The position numbers and the translations under genes were made by a program. Shown piece after piece: positions 36,662-45,360 of a stretch of DNA of 64,000 nt. Numbering within the stretch: the first letter of the stretch is position 1; each line of letters starts with the position of its first letter. The stretch is from an uncultured delta proteobacterium (GTDB lineage Bacteria; Myxococcota_A; UBA9160; UBA4427), in the NCBI GenBank assembly GCA_963822965.1, contig CAWGJT010000010.1:864001-928000 (forward strand). The letters are read 5' to 3'. Below the pieces are notes generated by a model. It was not told the DNA's origin. It made no database searches and saw nothing but the letters and a program-made list of their open reading frames with translations.

Positions 36662-37891
36662 TTGAGCACTGTGCTGCTATTCGGCTTGGCCGTCCTGCTG
36701 GGGTTGGCTGGCGGCAAGTTGATCCAGTGGCTGCGCGTTCCGCGGGTGGTGGGATACATCGTGGTCGGCGTGATGCTGGGTAGTTCGCTGACCAACTTCA
36801 TTCCACTCGAGCTCGTGGAATCGCTCTCGCCGTTCACCAACGTCGCGCTGGCGCTGATCGGATTCATGGTCGGCGGCGAACTGAAGCGCAGTGTGTTCAA
36901 GAGGTTCGGCAGGCAGTTGGTGCTGATCGTGCTCGCGGAGGGCATTGCCACGTTCTTGCTCGTGGCCCTGGTCGTCACGCTGTTCAGTGGCCAGCTGGCA
37001 CTGGGTTTGCTGCTGGGCGCGCTTGCCTCGGCCACGGCACCCGCCGCGACGGTGGATGTGCTGTGGGAGTACAAGTCGCGCGGCCCCCTCACCACAACGG
37101 TTCTCGGCATCGTTGCAATGGACGACGCGCTGGCTCTGATTCTGTTCGGCTTCGCCCTGGCGCTCGCCCGTGGACTGCTCGAAGGGCGGTCTGTCTCGCT
37201 CATGTCCGGGCTGGTCGAGCCGGTGGCGCACGTCGTCGGGGCGCTGGCACTTGGCTCAGCCGTTGGCCTGACCGTGGTCCGGCTGTTGCGCCGGCTGGGC
37301 GATCGCGATGATTCACTGGTAGTCCTCGTGGGCACCATTCTTGGCGTTGCAGGCATCGCCGACTGGCTCGGCATATCGCTGATCCTCGCCGAGATGGCTG
37401 TCGGCGTCGCTCTGGCCAACCTGGCGCCCGACGCGAGCCGGCGTGCATTCGATCTGGTGCGGGGGATCACGCCGCCGATCTACATCGTGTTCTTCATCCT
37501 CGTCGGCGCCCGGCTGCAGATCGACCTGTTGCCGCAAATGGGGCTGCTGGGTCTGCTCTACGTGGTTGCGCGAACGGCCGGCAAGATGAGCGGGGCATGG
37601 GCCGGTAGCACGGCTGTTCGGGCCGCGCCGGCGGTGCGCAAGTACCTGGGCTTCGCCCTGTTCTCCCAGGCTGGCGTCGCGGTGGGGCTTGCGCTGGCCA
37701 TCGCCCAGGAGTTTGACGACGCCGGTCCGGAGGCGCAGGCGATTGGCACGCTTGTGGTCAACTTGATTGCAGCGACCACCTTCATCGTCCAGATCATCGG
37801 GCCGCCGATGGTGAAGTTCGCCATTTCCCGCGCCGGTGAAATCCCGCGCGCGACCCCGCCAGTGGAGGTATCCGCCAGTGGAGGCGCCTAG
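36662..37891 (+). CDS. Cation:proton antiporter (CPA2/Kef-type)
   Basis: VPRVVGYI, IGFMVGGEL, ASATAPAAT, VAMDDAL, FFILVGA, SQAGVAVGL; TTG start after GAGG. Confidence 0.92.
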   Translation: MSTVLLFGLAVLLGLAGGKLIQWLRVPRVVGYIVVGVMLGSSLTNFIPLELVESLSPFTNVALALIGFMVGGELKRSVFKRFGRQLVLIVLAEGIATFLLVALVVTLFSGQLALGLLLGALASATAPAATVDVLWEYKSRGPLTTTVLGIVAMDDALALILFGFALALARGLLEGRSVSLMSGLVEPVAHVVGALALGSAVGLTVVRLLRRLGDRDDSLVVLVGTILGVAGIADWLGISLILAEMAVGVALANLAPDASRRAFDLVRGITPPIYIVFFILVGARLQIDLLPQMGLLGLLYVVARTAGKMSGAWAGSTAVRAAPAVRKYLGFALFSQAGVAVGLALAIAQEFDDAGPEAQAIGTLVVNLIAATTFIVQIIGPPMVKFAISRAGEIPRATPPVEVSASGGA

Positions 37892-38366
37892 CATCCGTGA
37901 ACTCTTGGATCTCAGCTCCAACCGACCCGCCGTGGTATCCACCATGGCCACGATCCCCGAGCTGGTGGCTCGCATGATCGAGGATCCAGGCACCCAAGCG
38001 ATCTATGTGAATGACGCCGACGGTCGCTATCTTGGGCTGATTACGGCTCAGCGCCTGGCGCACGTGGTGTTCTCGCACAGGCTGCCGGCCTCGGGCAGTC
38101 CCATCGAGCTTCTCGACTTGCTCAGTTCGGAGACGGCCGATCACTTGCTGATCCGCGAGTCCATCAGCATCCATGAAGACGAACCGCTCACCCGCGCGAT
38201 CGATCTGATGTTCCGATCAGGCCTGATCGAAATCCCGGTACTCAATGACGACCGGACCATCGTCGGCAACGTCAACCTGCTGGACATTCTGGCGGCCTGG
38301 AAAGACGGCCGCCTGATCGACCACCACCCCTCGCTGGATCCGGATCACGCGCCGACTCGCAGGTGA
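37878..38366 (+). CDS. CBS-domain protein
   Basis: IYVNDADGRYLGLIT and IPVLNDDRTIVGNV form a CBS pair; overlaps the antiporter end. Confidence 0.85.
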   Translation: MEAPSIRELLDLSSNRPAVVSTMATIPELVARMIEDPGTQAIYVNDADGRYLGLITAQRLAHVVFSHRLPASGSPIELLDLLSSETADHLLIRESISIHEDEPLTRAIDLMFRSGLIEIPVLNDDRTIVGNVNLLDILAAWKDGRLIDHHPSLDPDHAPTRR

Positions 38367-38464
38367 TGGGCGTGCTCGCCCTGGAGTGGCTGGAGAAACG
38401 GGGAGCCGAGACACACCGGGGCCAGTTGGGGAAGGTGGACCGCGATCGCCGCGTCGGCTGCCGG

Positions 38465-38502
38465 AAAAGCGATGGCCAGCCGCGTTTCGGCGACTGGCCA
38501 TC
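38465..38502 (-). terminator. Rho-independent terminator-like hairpin downstream of the tRNA-like 3' end
   Basis: Minus strand GATGGCCAGTCGC-CGAAAC-GCGGCTGGCCATC (13 bp with one G-U) followed by GCTTTT. Confidence 0.6.
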
Positions 38503-38511
38503 GACTTCGTG

Positions 38512-38538
38512 TGGTAGCGGTGGGGATTCGAACCCCCG
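38512..38538 (-). other. tRNA 3'-end remnant (att-like site)
   Basis: Minus strand CGGGGGTTCGAATCCCCACCGCTACCA: T-arm GTTCGAAT plus CCGCTACCA end; no anticodon or D arm upstream. Confidence 0.6.
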
Positions 38539-38674
38539 GGAGCTCGACGCGGATGCCACCGCCGTCACCGAGCTGGATTCGAGCCTGAGCGCGACATCCT
38601 CATCGTCGTGAGATCCTGGTGCCGGACTCGGATCGCGGCACGGAGCGAGCAGCCGCGTGAATCCGAACAGCATT

Positions 38675-38835
38675 GGGAGTTGCGCCCCGATCCGGTTGAC
38701 GGATCAGGGCTAGCTCCAGGCCCAGAGAAGAGGCTCCCGAATACCCCGCCCGACGCGCAAGTCCGGTGGGTACGTACGGACAACGCTCCGGATTCCGTGA
38801 GCACCCTCGTTGGGCGGGGGGCATGCCAATCCCCT
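38675..38835 (+). ncRNA. Structured non-coding element, candidate IS110-type non-coding end
   Basis: Hairpin 38676-38717; 12-bp stem 38744-38755/38808-38819 enclosing two sub-hairpins; partial second copy at 11572. Confidence 0.45.
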
Positions 38836-38968
38836 ACGGAGAGCCCGCGGCGGGCAAAAGGCAGTGTGCCGATGGTGTCTCGAGCACGATCGTCGGGTCG
38901 AAAGCGACACGATGCGGGGTATCCTTTCTCGATTCGCGGTGACGGCGGACGAACGGGTTCCTTCTGGA

Positions 38969-39910
38969 ATGGCACACGACATGGATGAGGTCGTCGAAAT
39001 CACTTCCACGGGCGGATTCGATGAGGATGCGGCCGAGCGCGCCCCGTTGGCGGGCTTCCACCTTGCGAATCCAACCCCGGTCGAACAGCGCCCCACGTGG
39101 TTCGTCGTCAGAAGCTGGAGCCAGGAACTCCGCCTGTATCGAAAGCTGGCTCGCCACCTGGGCGCCGATCAGCGGATCGTCACCATTGCTCCACCGCATG
39201 GAACTCGCAAGGAGGACTTCCCGCGCACGGTAGAACGATGGCGGGACTTCTGCCTGGAACAGATGCGGCCCCTATTGGGAGCGTCCCCATGTGTTCTGCT
39301 CGGCGGTTGGTCCTTCGGTGGTGTGCTCGCCCTCGAGATCGGCCGCGAGCTCGAGAAGGAAGGGATCCCGGTCGCGCTCGTCACCATGCTCGATACGCGG
39401 CTTCCCAAGGCACATCCGGACGAACAAAAGATTTCACGCTCGCTTCCCCACGCCATGGCTCATCAGGCAACGCGCTTCTTCGAAACGCCGCCCGAAGACA
39501 GAAGCGCCTTCCTGCGGGAGCGACTGGCCTGGCAGTTCTACCACGCTCGGCGGCGGCTGGGAGAGTGGAACGCCACGCGGCGCGGTCGATCCATGCCCAT
39601 CTACCGACGTCCCGATGGCCGCACCTCCGAGGTACGCGAAGTCGGCGGTATGTCTCCGCTGCAGAAAGCACTCTGGGTTGCCTATCTCAAGTACCAACCG
39701 CGTCCTTGCACGATCCGGGTCGCCCAGTTCTGGTGTGCCGATTCTTGTGAGCACACCGGAGACTCGAGCCTCGGCTGGGCGCGGTGTCTGCGCGGCCCCT
39801 TCGATGCGGTCCCGATTCCGGGCGAGCATCTCACGATGTTCGACGACCCCCACGTCGAGGTGTTGGCGTCCAACCTCCGATGTCGACTCGCGCTTGCTGC
39901 TTCGACCTGA
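38969..39910 (+). CDS. Stand-alone thioesterase domain protein (NRPS/PKS TE-like)
   Basis: GWSFGG nucleophile elbow, MLDT, SLGW, PGEHLTMF. Confidence 0.85.
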   Translation: MAHDMDEVVEITSTGGFDEDAAERAPLAGFHLANPTPVEQRPTWFVVRSWSQELRLYRKLARHLGADQRIVTIAPPHGTRKEDFPRTVERWRDFCLEQMRPLLGASPCVLLGGWSFGGVLALEIGRELEKEGIPVALVTMLDTRLPKAHPDEQKISRSLPHAMAHQATRFFETPPEDRSAFLRERLAWQFYHARRRLGEWNATRRGRSMPIYRRPDGRTSEVREVGGMSPLQKALWVAYLKYQPRPCTIRVAQFWCADSCEHTGDSSLGWARCLRGPFDAVPIPGEHLTMFDDPHVEVLASNLRCRLALAAST

Positions 39911-40052
39911 TTGGAGGTCAGCCCCCCGGAGGCTCAGGTTCGAAGCCCGATGCTCTTGCTCTGTCGACCGCGTAAGAAGCGGACTCGAGCCAAGGCACGA
40001 AGCAAAAGTGCCCGGAAGCCGAAGCCTCCGTGTGAAGCGCCCACTCCCTCGA

Positions 40053-40881
40053 TTAAAGCTTCTCCGCGACGATTCTCCAGTTCAAATCGGCAATCTTGGC
40101 CTTTTCGGCATCCCTCCAGGCTTGCCCACCCTTTTGAAGAAGATCGAGAGATTCTTCGACCCATGGAGCCAGAACGCGAATCGCCTCGAGGGCTCGAACC
40201 AGCCTTCGCGCCATGAGGATCAAGTTGCGCTTCTGCTCGGCGATCGGCCAGGCTTCGCTCTTCGAAGGGGCAGAGACGAGGATCCTGAACCCGGCCCTTT
40301 CCAACGCGGCACAGACGTCTGCCGGATACATCGAGTGAGTGGCTGCCAGGGTTGGAAGGAAGACTCTGTGAAGCGCCACATGCTCTTCGTTGTTCCAATC
40401 GAAATGGGGGGTCAGCAGATACTCCGAACAGGCGTATCGCGCTCCGGGTTTCAAGACGCGGAACATCTCTCTTGCATGCCCATCGAGCTCCTCCTTCTTG
40501 AAGAAGGGCCAGACCGCCTGGAAGGAAAAACATCCGTCGAAGGTGGCCGATGCGTACTCGAGCGGCTTGTGATGATTGCCAACTTTGAAGTGGAGCCAAT
40601 ACGGCTTGTTCGCATAACAACGGGTTTCCGTATAAGCCCTTCGATTCGTCGAGCTGGGGAGGAAGGTAGAGCTTCTCCAGATCGAAGACGGACAACATGT
40701 TGTTCAAGACCTTGTAGTAGTCCGCGACGGCTTTCGTCTCGTGCTCGGTTGGGGTCTCTTCACCTGCTTGCATTCGTTGAAAGAATTTGTACGCGTCGAT
40801 ACAAGCCTGCTTGTCTTCTTTCGACAACGTTGCCAACCGCTTCACTCCGAGGAGCGCAGTCTTGATCCTGTACCAGTCCAC
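40053..40881 (-). pseudogene. Sterol-methyltransferase-like SAM-dependent methyltransferase with internal deletion and frameshift
   Basis: N-part ...VADYYKVL...EKLYLPP...CEQAVL is joined out of frame near 40597 to LHFKVGN...TFDG...EMFRVLKPGA..EYLLTPHFDWNNEEH; no LDxGCG motif I. Confidence 0.65.
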
Positions 40882-41055
40882 TTTGCGCACCTCTCTCTTC
40901 GGGTATGTCGAGATCCGGCGGATCAGAGCTTCAAATCCGCCCCCGGAGTCCAAGGGCGAAGCGGCCGGCACGAAAAGCTTCGTCCGCCACTGGATCGGCC
41001 AAGGGGATCAGCTTCTCGGGTGCCACGCGCGCGGAACCCGTGATTCGGCGGGGCC

Positions 41056-42219
41056 TCAGGCCGGCTCTTCGTTGGGGCCGACGTTCTGGAACCGCTCGTT
41101 GACCAGGCGGATGCCGGGCACGACCTTCGCGACCCAGCCCGTGAAGGCCAGCGCGACGACCCACATCGGCAGCAGGAGACCGGCTGCGATCCACGCTGCG
41201 GCGAAGAAGGGGATGCGAAGCATCGCGTTCCGCTGCCGCTGCGGGATCGCGTCCTTGCCCGGCCTCTGGTCGAAGGGAACGGGCCGGAGAAACCAGCCGT
41301 TGGCGACGAGCAGGGCGACGAAGAGCGGCCAGGGCACCGGTGGCGAGTCCAGCACGGGATCGGTGTCGGGCGGCGCGTCCAGCGCATCGTGCGGCTCCCG
41401 GAGCGCGGCTTGGACCCGGCTCCACACGTGAGAGGGGGTCGGACGGGCGATCGCGCCGCCGAGGTTCTTGCGATTCGGCCGACAACGCCAGCGATACAGG
41501 ACCCGGCCCTCCCGGCTGAGCCCGAGCACCCCGGGCTGGAAGTAGCCCTTCGGATGCGACAACACCCAGGTCGGCCCGGACTCGACGATGTCGCCACCCC
41601 AGTGGTTGGTGAAGAGGCAGAGCCACCCCCGATCGGCGCACGCGCCGGCGATCTCCTGGTGTGGATCGCCGACGTGCTCGATGCCGGTCTCCCAGTCTCT
41701 CTGGGCGTTGCCGGCGAGCGACTGGGGCTCGCTGGTGATCGCGTAGATCTCGCCGCCCGCCTTGCGGATTGCATCGACGACTCCCGCCTTCCCGTAGCCG
41801 CGCAACTCGCGGCGACAGGGCGGTCACCAGAAGCCTCGGTAGAACACGAGAACCACGAACGAGTGCTGTGCGAGGATCCGCGTCAGCCAACCCGCTCGGA
41901 CTCCGACCGGCGGATCGAGAAGTGGCGCCGGCGAGCCGACGTCAGGGGTGGAATCCTCGAGGAGCGTCACCTCGAAACCGTGGCTCGCAAGCTCGACCTC
42001 GAAACGCTCGTGCAGGCAAACGTCCTGGCCATCCCGAGTCCCGCACAGGATCAGCTCGAGCTGACGTGCGTGGGTCGTCGAATCCCGTTCGCGAACTTCA
42101 TCGGGATCGACGATCCCGGTGAGCTTGAAATCGGTACCGCGGTCCCGGGCGAACCAGGCCCGTGCTGCCTCGGCCTCATCAACCAGGTTGGCGGGAATCG
42201 ACTCTTCGACTCGGGGCAT
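41056..42219 (-). CDS. Peroxiredoxin-like (AhpC/TSA-fold) selenoprotein with UxxC motif and C-terminal hydrophobic helices
   Basis: In-frame TGA at 41826-41824 reads VFYRGFW-U-PPCRRE and joins ORFs 41824..42276 and 41056..41805; YAITSE, VGDP and QPGVL follow; SECIS-like hairpin present. Confidence 0.88.
41784..41823 (-). promoter_or_regulatory. Bacterial SECIS-like stem-loop
   Basis: Directly after UGA: CCGCCCUGUC-GCCGCG-AGUUG-CGCGGC-UACGGGAAGGCGG; apical loop containing GU begins 16 nt from UGA. Confidence 0.75.
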
Positions 42220-42469
42220 GGACTCATTCTCCGGGCACACGACTGCGAGCGAGATCGGGATTGCGAAATTACGCATCCAGTCGATCGTTGCTGGTCAGCT
42301 TACCTTCTCCCGCAGAAGGCTCAGCTGGCGCTCGAGAAGCTCCTGAGTGGCAACGGATCAGGGTCCAGCACAGCCCAGGCAGTCGCAACTACAAGATGGA
42401 AGGGACGGCCGAGTTGGCCCTGGAAGCGGATACGCCCGGCCTGCCACCGCACGGAGCCCCATCTCGGCC

Positions 42470-44032
42470 TCAGACGATCCGGCTGTTCTTCTCGCCCCAG
42501 TAGCGATCCCTGAGCAGGCGCTTGTACAGCTTTCCGGTGGGGAGACGAGGGAGCTCGACCTCGAAGTCGATCGACCGCGGGCACTTGTAGGGCGCCAGTC
42601 GCTCTCGCGCGAACGCGATCAGCTCATCCGCCAGCTTCGAGTCCGCGTCGACGCCTGCCACGGGCTGGACGACCGCCTTCACCTCTTCTCCGAACTCAGG
42701 ATTCGGCACGCCGATCACGGCCACGTCGTCGACCATGGGGTGCATGATCAGCTCGTTCTCGATCTCCTGGGGATAGATGTTGACGCCGCCCGAGATGATC
42801 ATGAACGAGGCCCGATCGGTCAGGTAGAGGTAGCCCTCATCGTCCACGTAGCCGACGTCGCCAAGAGCCGTCCACGTGGGATGCACCGGATGCTGCGCGC
42901 TCCGCGTCTTCTCCGGGTCCTTGTGGTAGGAAAACGGCACCTCGTCTCGCTCGAAGTACACGATGCCTGCCTCTCCGGTCGGCAGCTCCGCACCGTCCTC
43001 GTTGCAGATGCGGAGCTTGCCCATCACCGCACGGCCGACCGTCCCAGGATGGGCCAGCCAGTCCTCCGGACCCACGTACGTCAAGCCGTTCGTCTCGGTT
43101 CCCGCGTAGTACTCGTGCAAGATCGGTCCCCACCAGGCGAACATCTCTTCCTTCACTTTTCGCGGGCAGGGTGCGGCTGCGTGGATCGCCAGTTGGTGCG
43201 CGGAGAGATCGAAGCGTGCGCGCTCCTCCTCCGGAAGCTTGAGCATGCGCGAGAACATCGTGGGGACCCACTGGCTGTGGGTGACTGCGTACTGTTCGAG
43301 CGCCCGCAACGCGTCGAGGGCGTCGAAGCGATCCATCATCACGGCTGTGCCGCCGAGAGACTGGATGGCCGTGCTGAAGCCGATGGGTGCAGAGTGGTAG
43401 AGAGGGGCGGGTGAGAGGTACACCGAGTCTGCGTCCGCGCGAAAGAGGCGCTTCAGCGTGACGCCCATCGCCAAGCCGCCCGAGACCGGCCGGCCCGAGA
43501 GAGGGCGTGCGATTCCTTTCGGTCGACCGGTGGTTCCCGAGCTATAGAGCATGAACTCGCCGAGCGGCTCCTCTTCGAGGGGCTTGGCCGGGTGCTCACC
43601 GAGAGCCTCCTCGTAGCTCTCGAACCGGCTCGAGGCGGGCTCGGGCGGACCGCCGACCACCAGAAAGCGCCCGCAGTCCGGCGCGTGCTCGGGGATCTCC
43701 GAAGCGGCCTCGTGGACTGCACGCGACGAGACCAGCACCTGCGCGCCGCAGTCGTCCACGATGTACCCCGCTTCCGGCCCGGTCAGGTAGCGGTTCACGG
43801 TCGTGAGGTAGAGCCCGGATCGTAACGCCGCCCAGACGACCTCGAAGTAGCGGAGATGGTTCTCGAGGAAAACGGCGATGTGGTCGCCCGGGCGCAAGCC
43901 CTCGGACCAGAGGAGCTGTGCGAGCCGGCTGGAGCGGGCATCGAGGTCGGCGTAGGTCAGCACCTCGCCGGTGCGGGCATGGATGGCGGCGGGTTTGTCC
44001 GGGGTGTTCTGCGCGTGGAGTCCCGGATACAT
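42470..44032 (-). CDS. Acyl-CoA synthetase (AMP-binding)
   Basis: YSSGTTGRPKG, EYYAGTE, GDVGY, SGGVNIYPQEIE, LPTGKL. Confidence 0.95.
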   Translation of the reverse strand: MYPGLHAQNTPDKPAAIHARTGEVLTYADLDARSSRLAQLLWSEGLRPGDHIAVFLENHLRYFEVVWAALRSGLYLTTVNRYLTGPEAGYIVDDCGAQVLVSSRAVHEAASEIPEHAPDCGRFLVVGGPPEPASSRFESYEEALGEHPAKPLEEEPLGEFMLYSSGTTGRPKGIARPLSGRPVSGGLAMGVTLKRLFRADADSVYLSPAPLYHSAPIGFSTAIQSLGGTAVMMDRFDALDALRALEQYAVTHSQWVPTMFSRMLKLPEEERARFDLSAHQLAIHAAAPCPRKVKEEMFAWWGPILHEYYAGTETNGLTYVGPEDWLAHPGTVGRAVMGKLRICNEDGAELPTGEAGIVYFERDEVPFSYHKDPEKTRSAQHPVHPTWTALGDVGYVDDEGYLYLTDRASFMIISGGVNIYPQEIENELIMHPMVDDVAVIGVPNPEFGEEVKAVVQPVAGVDADSKLADELIAFARERLAPYKCPRSIDFEVELPRLPTGKLYKRLLRDRYWGEKNSRIV

Positions 44033-44071
44033 GCGCGTCCTCCTCCGGCGGCACCGTTACAAGCTACCGAA

Positions 44072-44083
44072 ACTATGATACTA
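44072..44083. promoter_or_regulatory. 12-bp AT-rich motif shared with 52089-52100
   Basis: ACTATGATACTA is identical in two divergent promoter regions. Confidence 0.5.
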
Positions 44084-44150
44084 AATGAGGCGCCGCAAGG
44101 GACTGCGCGCTCCGGGTTGCCGCGCAGGTCGCGTGAGGGAGGAAGCCGCC

Positions 44151-45332
44151 ATGGCCAGCTACCCCGGCGAGATCTTCGACGCCGACAACCACTACTACGA
44201 GGCGCACGACGCATTCATCCGCCACGTGCCGAAGCGGATGCGATCCCGCTGTGTGGAGTGGATCGAGCTCGAGGGGGGACGCAAGTACCAGGTCGTCGGC
44301 GGCAAGATCGATCGCTCCGCAAATCCGACCTTCAACCCCATCTCTAAGCCGGGCGTGTTGCGCGAGTACTTCGGCGGTAACCCACGCGGCATGACCAGCG
44401 CCGAGCTGATCCGCTCTTCGCTCGAGCCGATGCCGCCCGAGTACATGGACCGCGACGCGCGGATCGCGCGCATGGACGCGCAGGGACTCGCCGGGGCCTG
44501 GTTGTTCCCCACGCTGGGCGTTCTCTACGAGGAGCCGCTGAAGAAGGACGTGGATGCGCTGTGCACCACGTATAGCGCCTTCAACCAATGGCTGGACGAG
44601 GACTGGGGGCTCACCTACAAGGACCGCATCTTCACCTCGCCCTACATCACCCTGGCCGATGTCGACTGGGCGTGCGAGCAGCTCGAGTGGGCGCTCGCGC
44701 GCGACGCGCGCATCCTGGTGATGCGACCCAGCGCCGTATTCACGCGAAACGGACCGCGCAACCCGGGCCACAAGGACTTCGATCGCTTCTGGGCCCGGGT
44801 GAACGAGGCTGGCATCACCGTCGTGACCCACATCGGCGCCACCCGGCACGACAGCAACGGCTACGACACCCGAAGCATCGATGCCCTCGCCCTCGGGCCG
44901 CGACCGAACGTCACCAACTTCCATCGCGCCCGAAACATCAACGATTTCCTGGCCAGCATGGTCTTCGACCGGCTGTTCGAACGTTTCCCCAACCTGCGGG
45001 TCGCTTCGGTCGAGAACGGCGCCGAGTTTCTCGGTGATCTGCTGCGCAGCCTCGACCGCACCAAGAACCGCGTTCGCGGATACTTCAAGGAAGATCCCGT
45101 CGACCTCTTTCGGGAGCACGTCTTCATCAATCCCTTCTGGGAGGACGACATTGCCGAGGTGGTCTCACACATGGGCGCCGATCGGGTGATCCTCGGTTCG
45201 GACTGGCCCCATATGGAGGGCTTGGAACACCCGCGAGACATCCTCGAGGAGCTGGATGGGATCGTGGCCGCGGACCAGGAGAAGATCCTGTATCGGAACG
45301 CGGCGGGGTTGAACGAGCGTCGCCCTCTCTGA
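44151..45332 (+). CDS. Amidohydrolase_2 family protein
   Basis: FDADNHYYE, VTH, SVENG, LGSDWPHMEG. Confidence 0.92.
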   Translation: MASYPGEIFDADNHYYEAHDAFIRHVPKRMRSRCVEWIELEGGRKYQVVGGKIDRSANPTFNPISKPGVLREYFGGNPRGMTSAELIRSSLEPMPPEYMDRDARIARMDAQGLAGAWLFPTLGVLYEEPLKKDVDALCTTYSAFNQWLDEDWGLTYKDRIFTSPYITLADVDWACEQLEWALARDARILVMRPSAVFTRNGPRNPGHKDFDRFWARVNEAGITVVTHIGATRHDSNGYDTRSIDALALGPRPNVTNFHRARNINDFLASMVFDRLFERFPNLRVASVENGAEFLGDLLRSLDRTKNRVRGYFKEDPVDLFREHVFINPFWEDDIAEVVSHMGADRVILGSDWPHMEGLEHPRDILEELDGIVAADQEKILYRNAAGLNERRPL

Positions 45333-45360
45333 CAGGCCTGATTCCATGGGAGGTGTGCTG

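Noticed and set aside
37856..37884. Direct repeat CCGCCAGTGGAGG twice at the antiporter/CBS overlap.
   Set aside because: A short local duplication that supplies the RBS and start of the CBS gene; no further evidence of function.
38512..38590. Possible complete tRNA gene on the minus strand.
   Set aside because: Only the T-arm and 3' end are present, the acceptor strand is short, and the upstream sequence cannot form D or anticodon arms.
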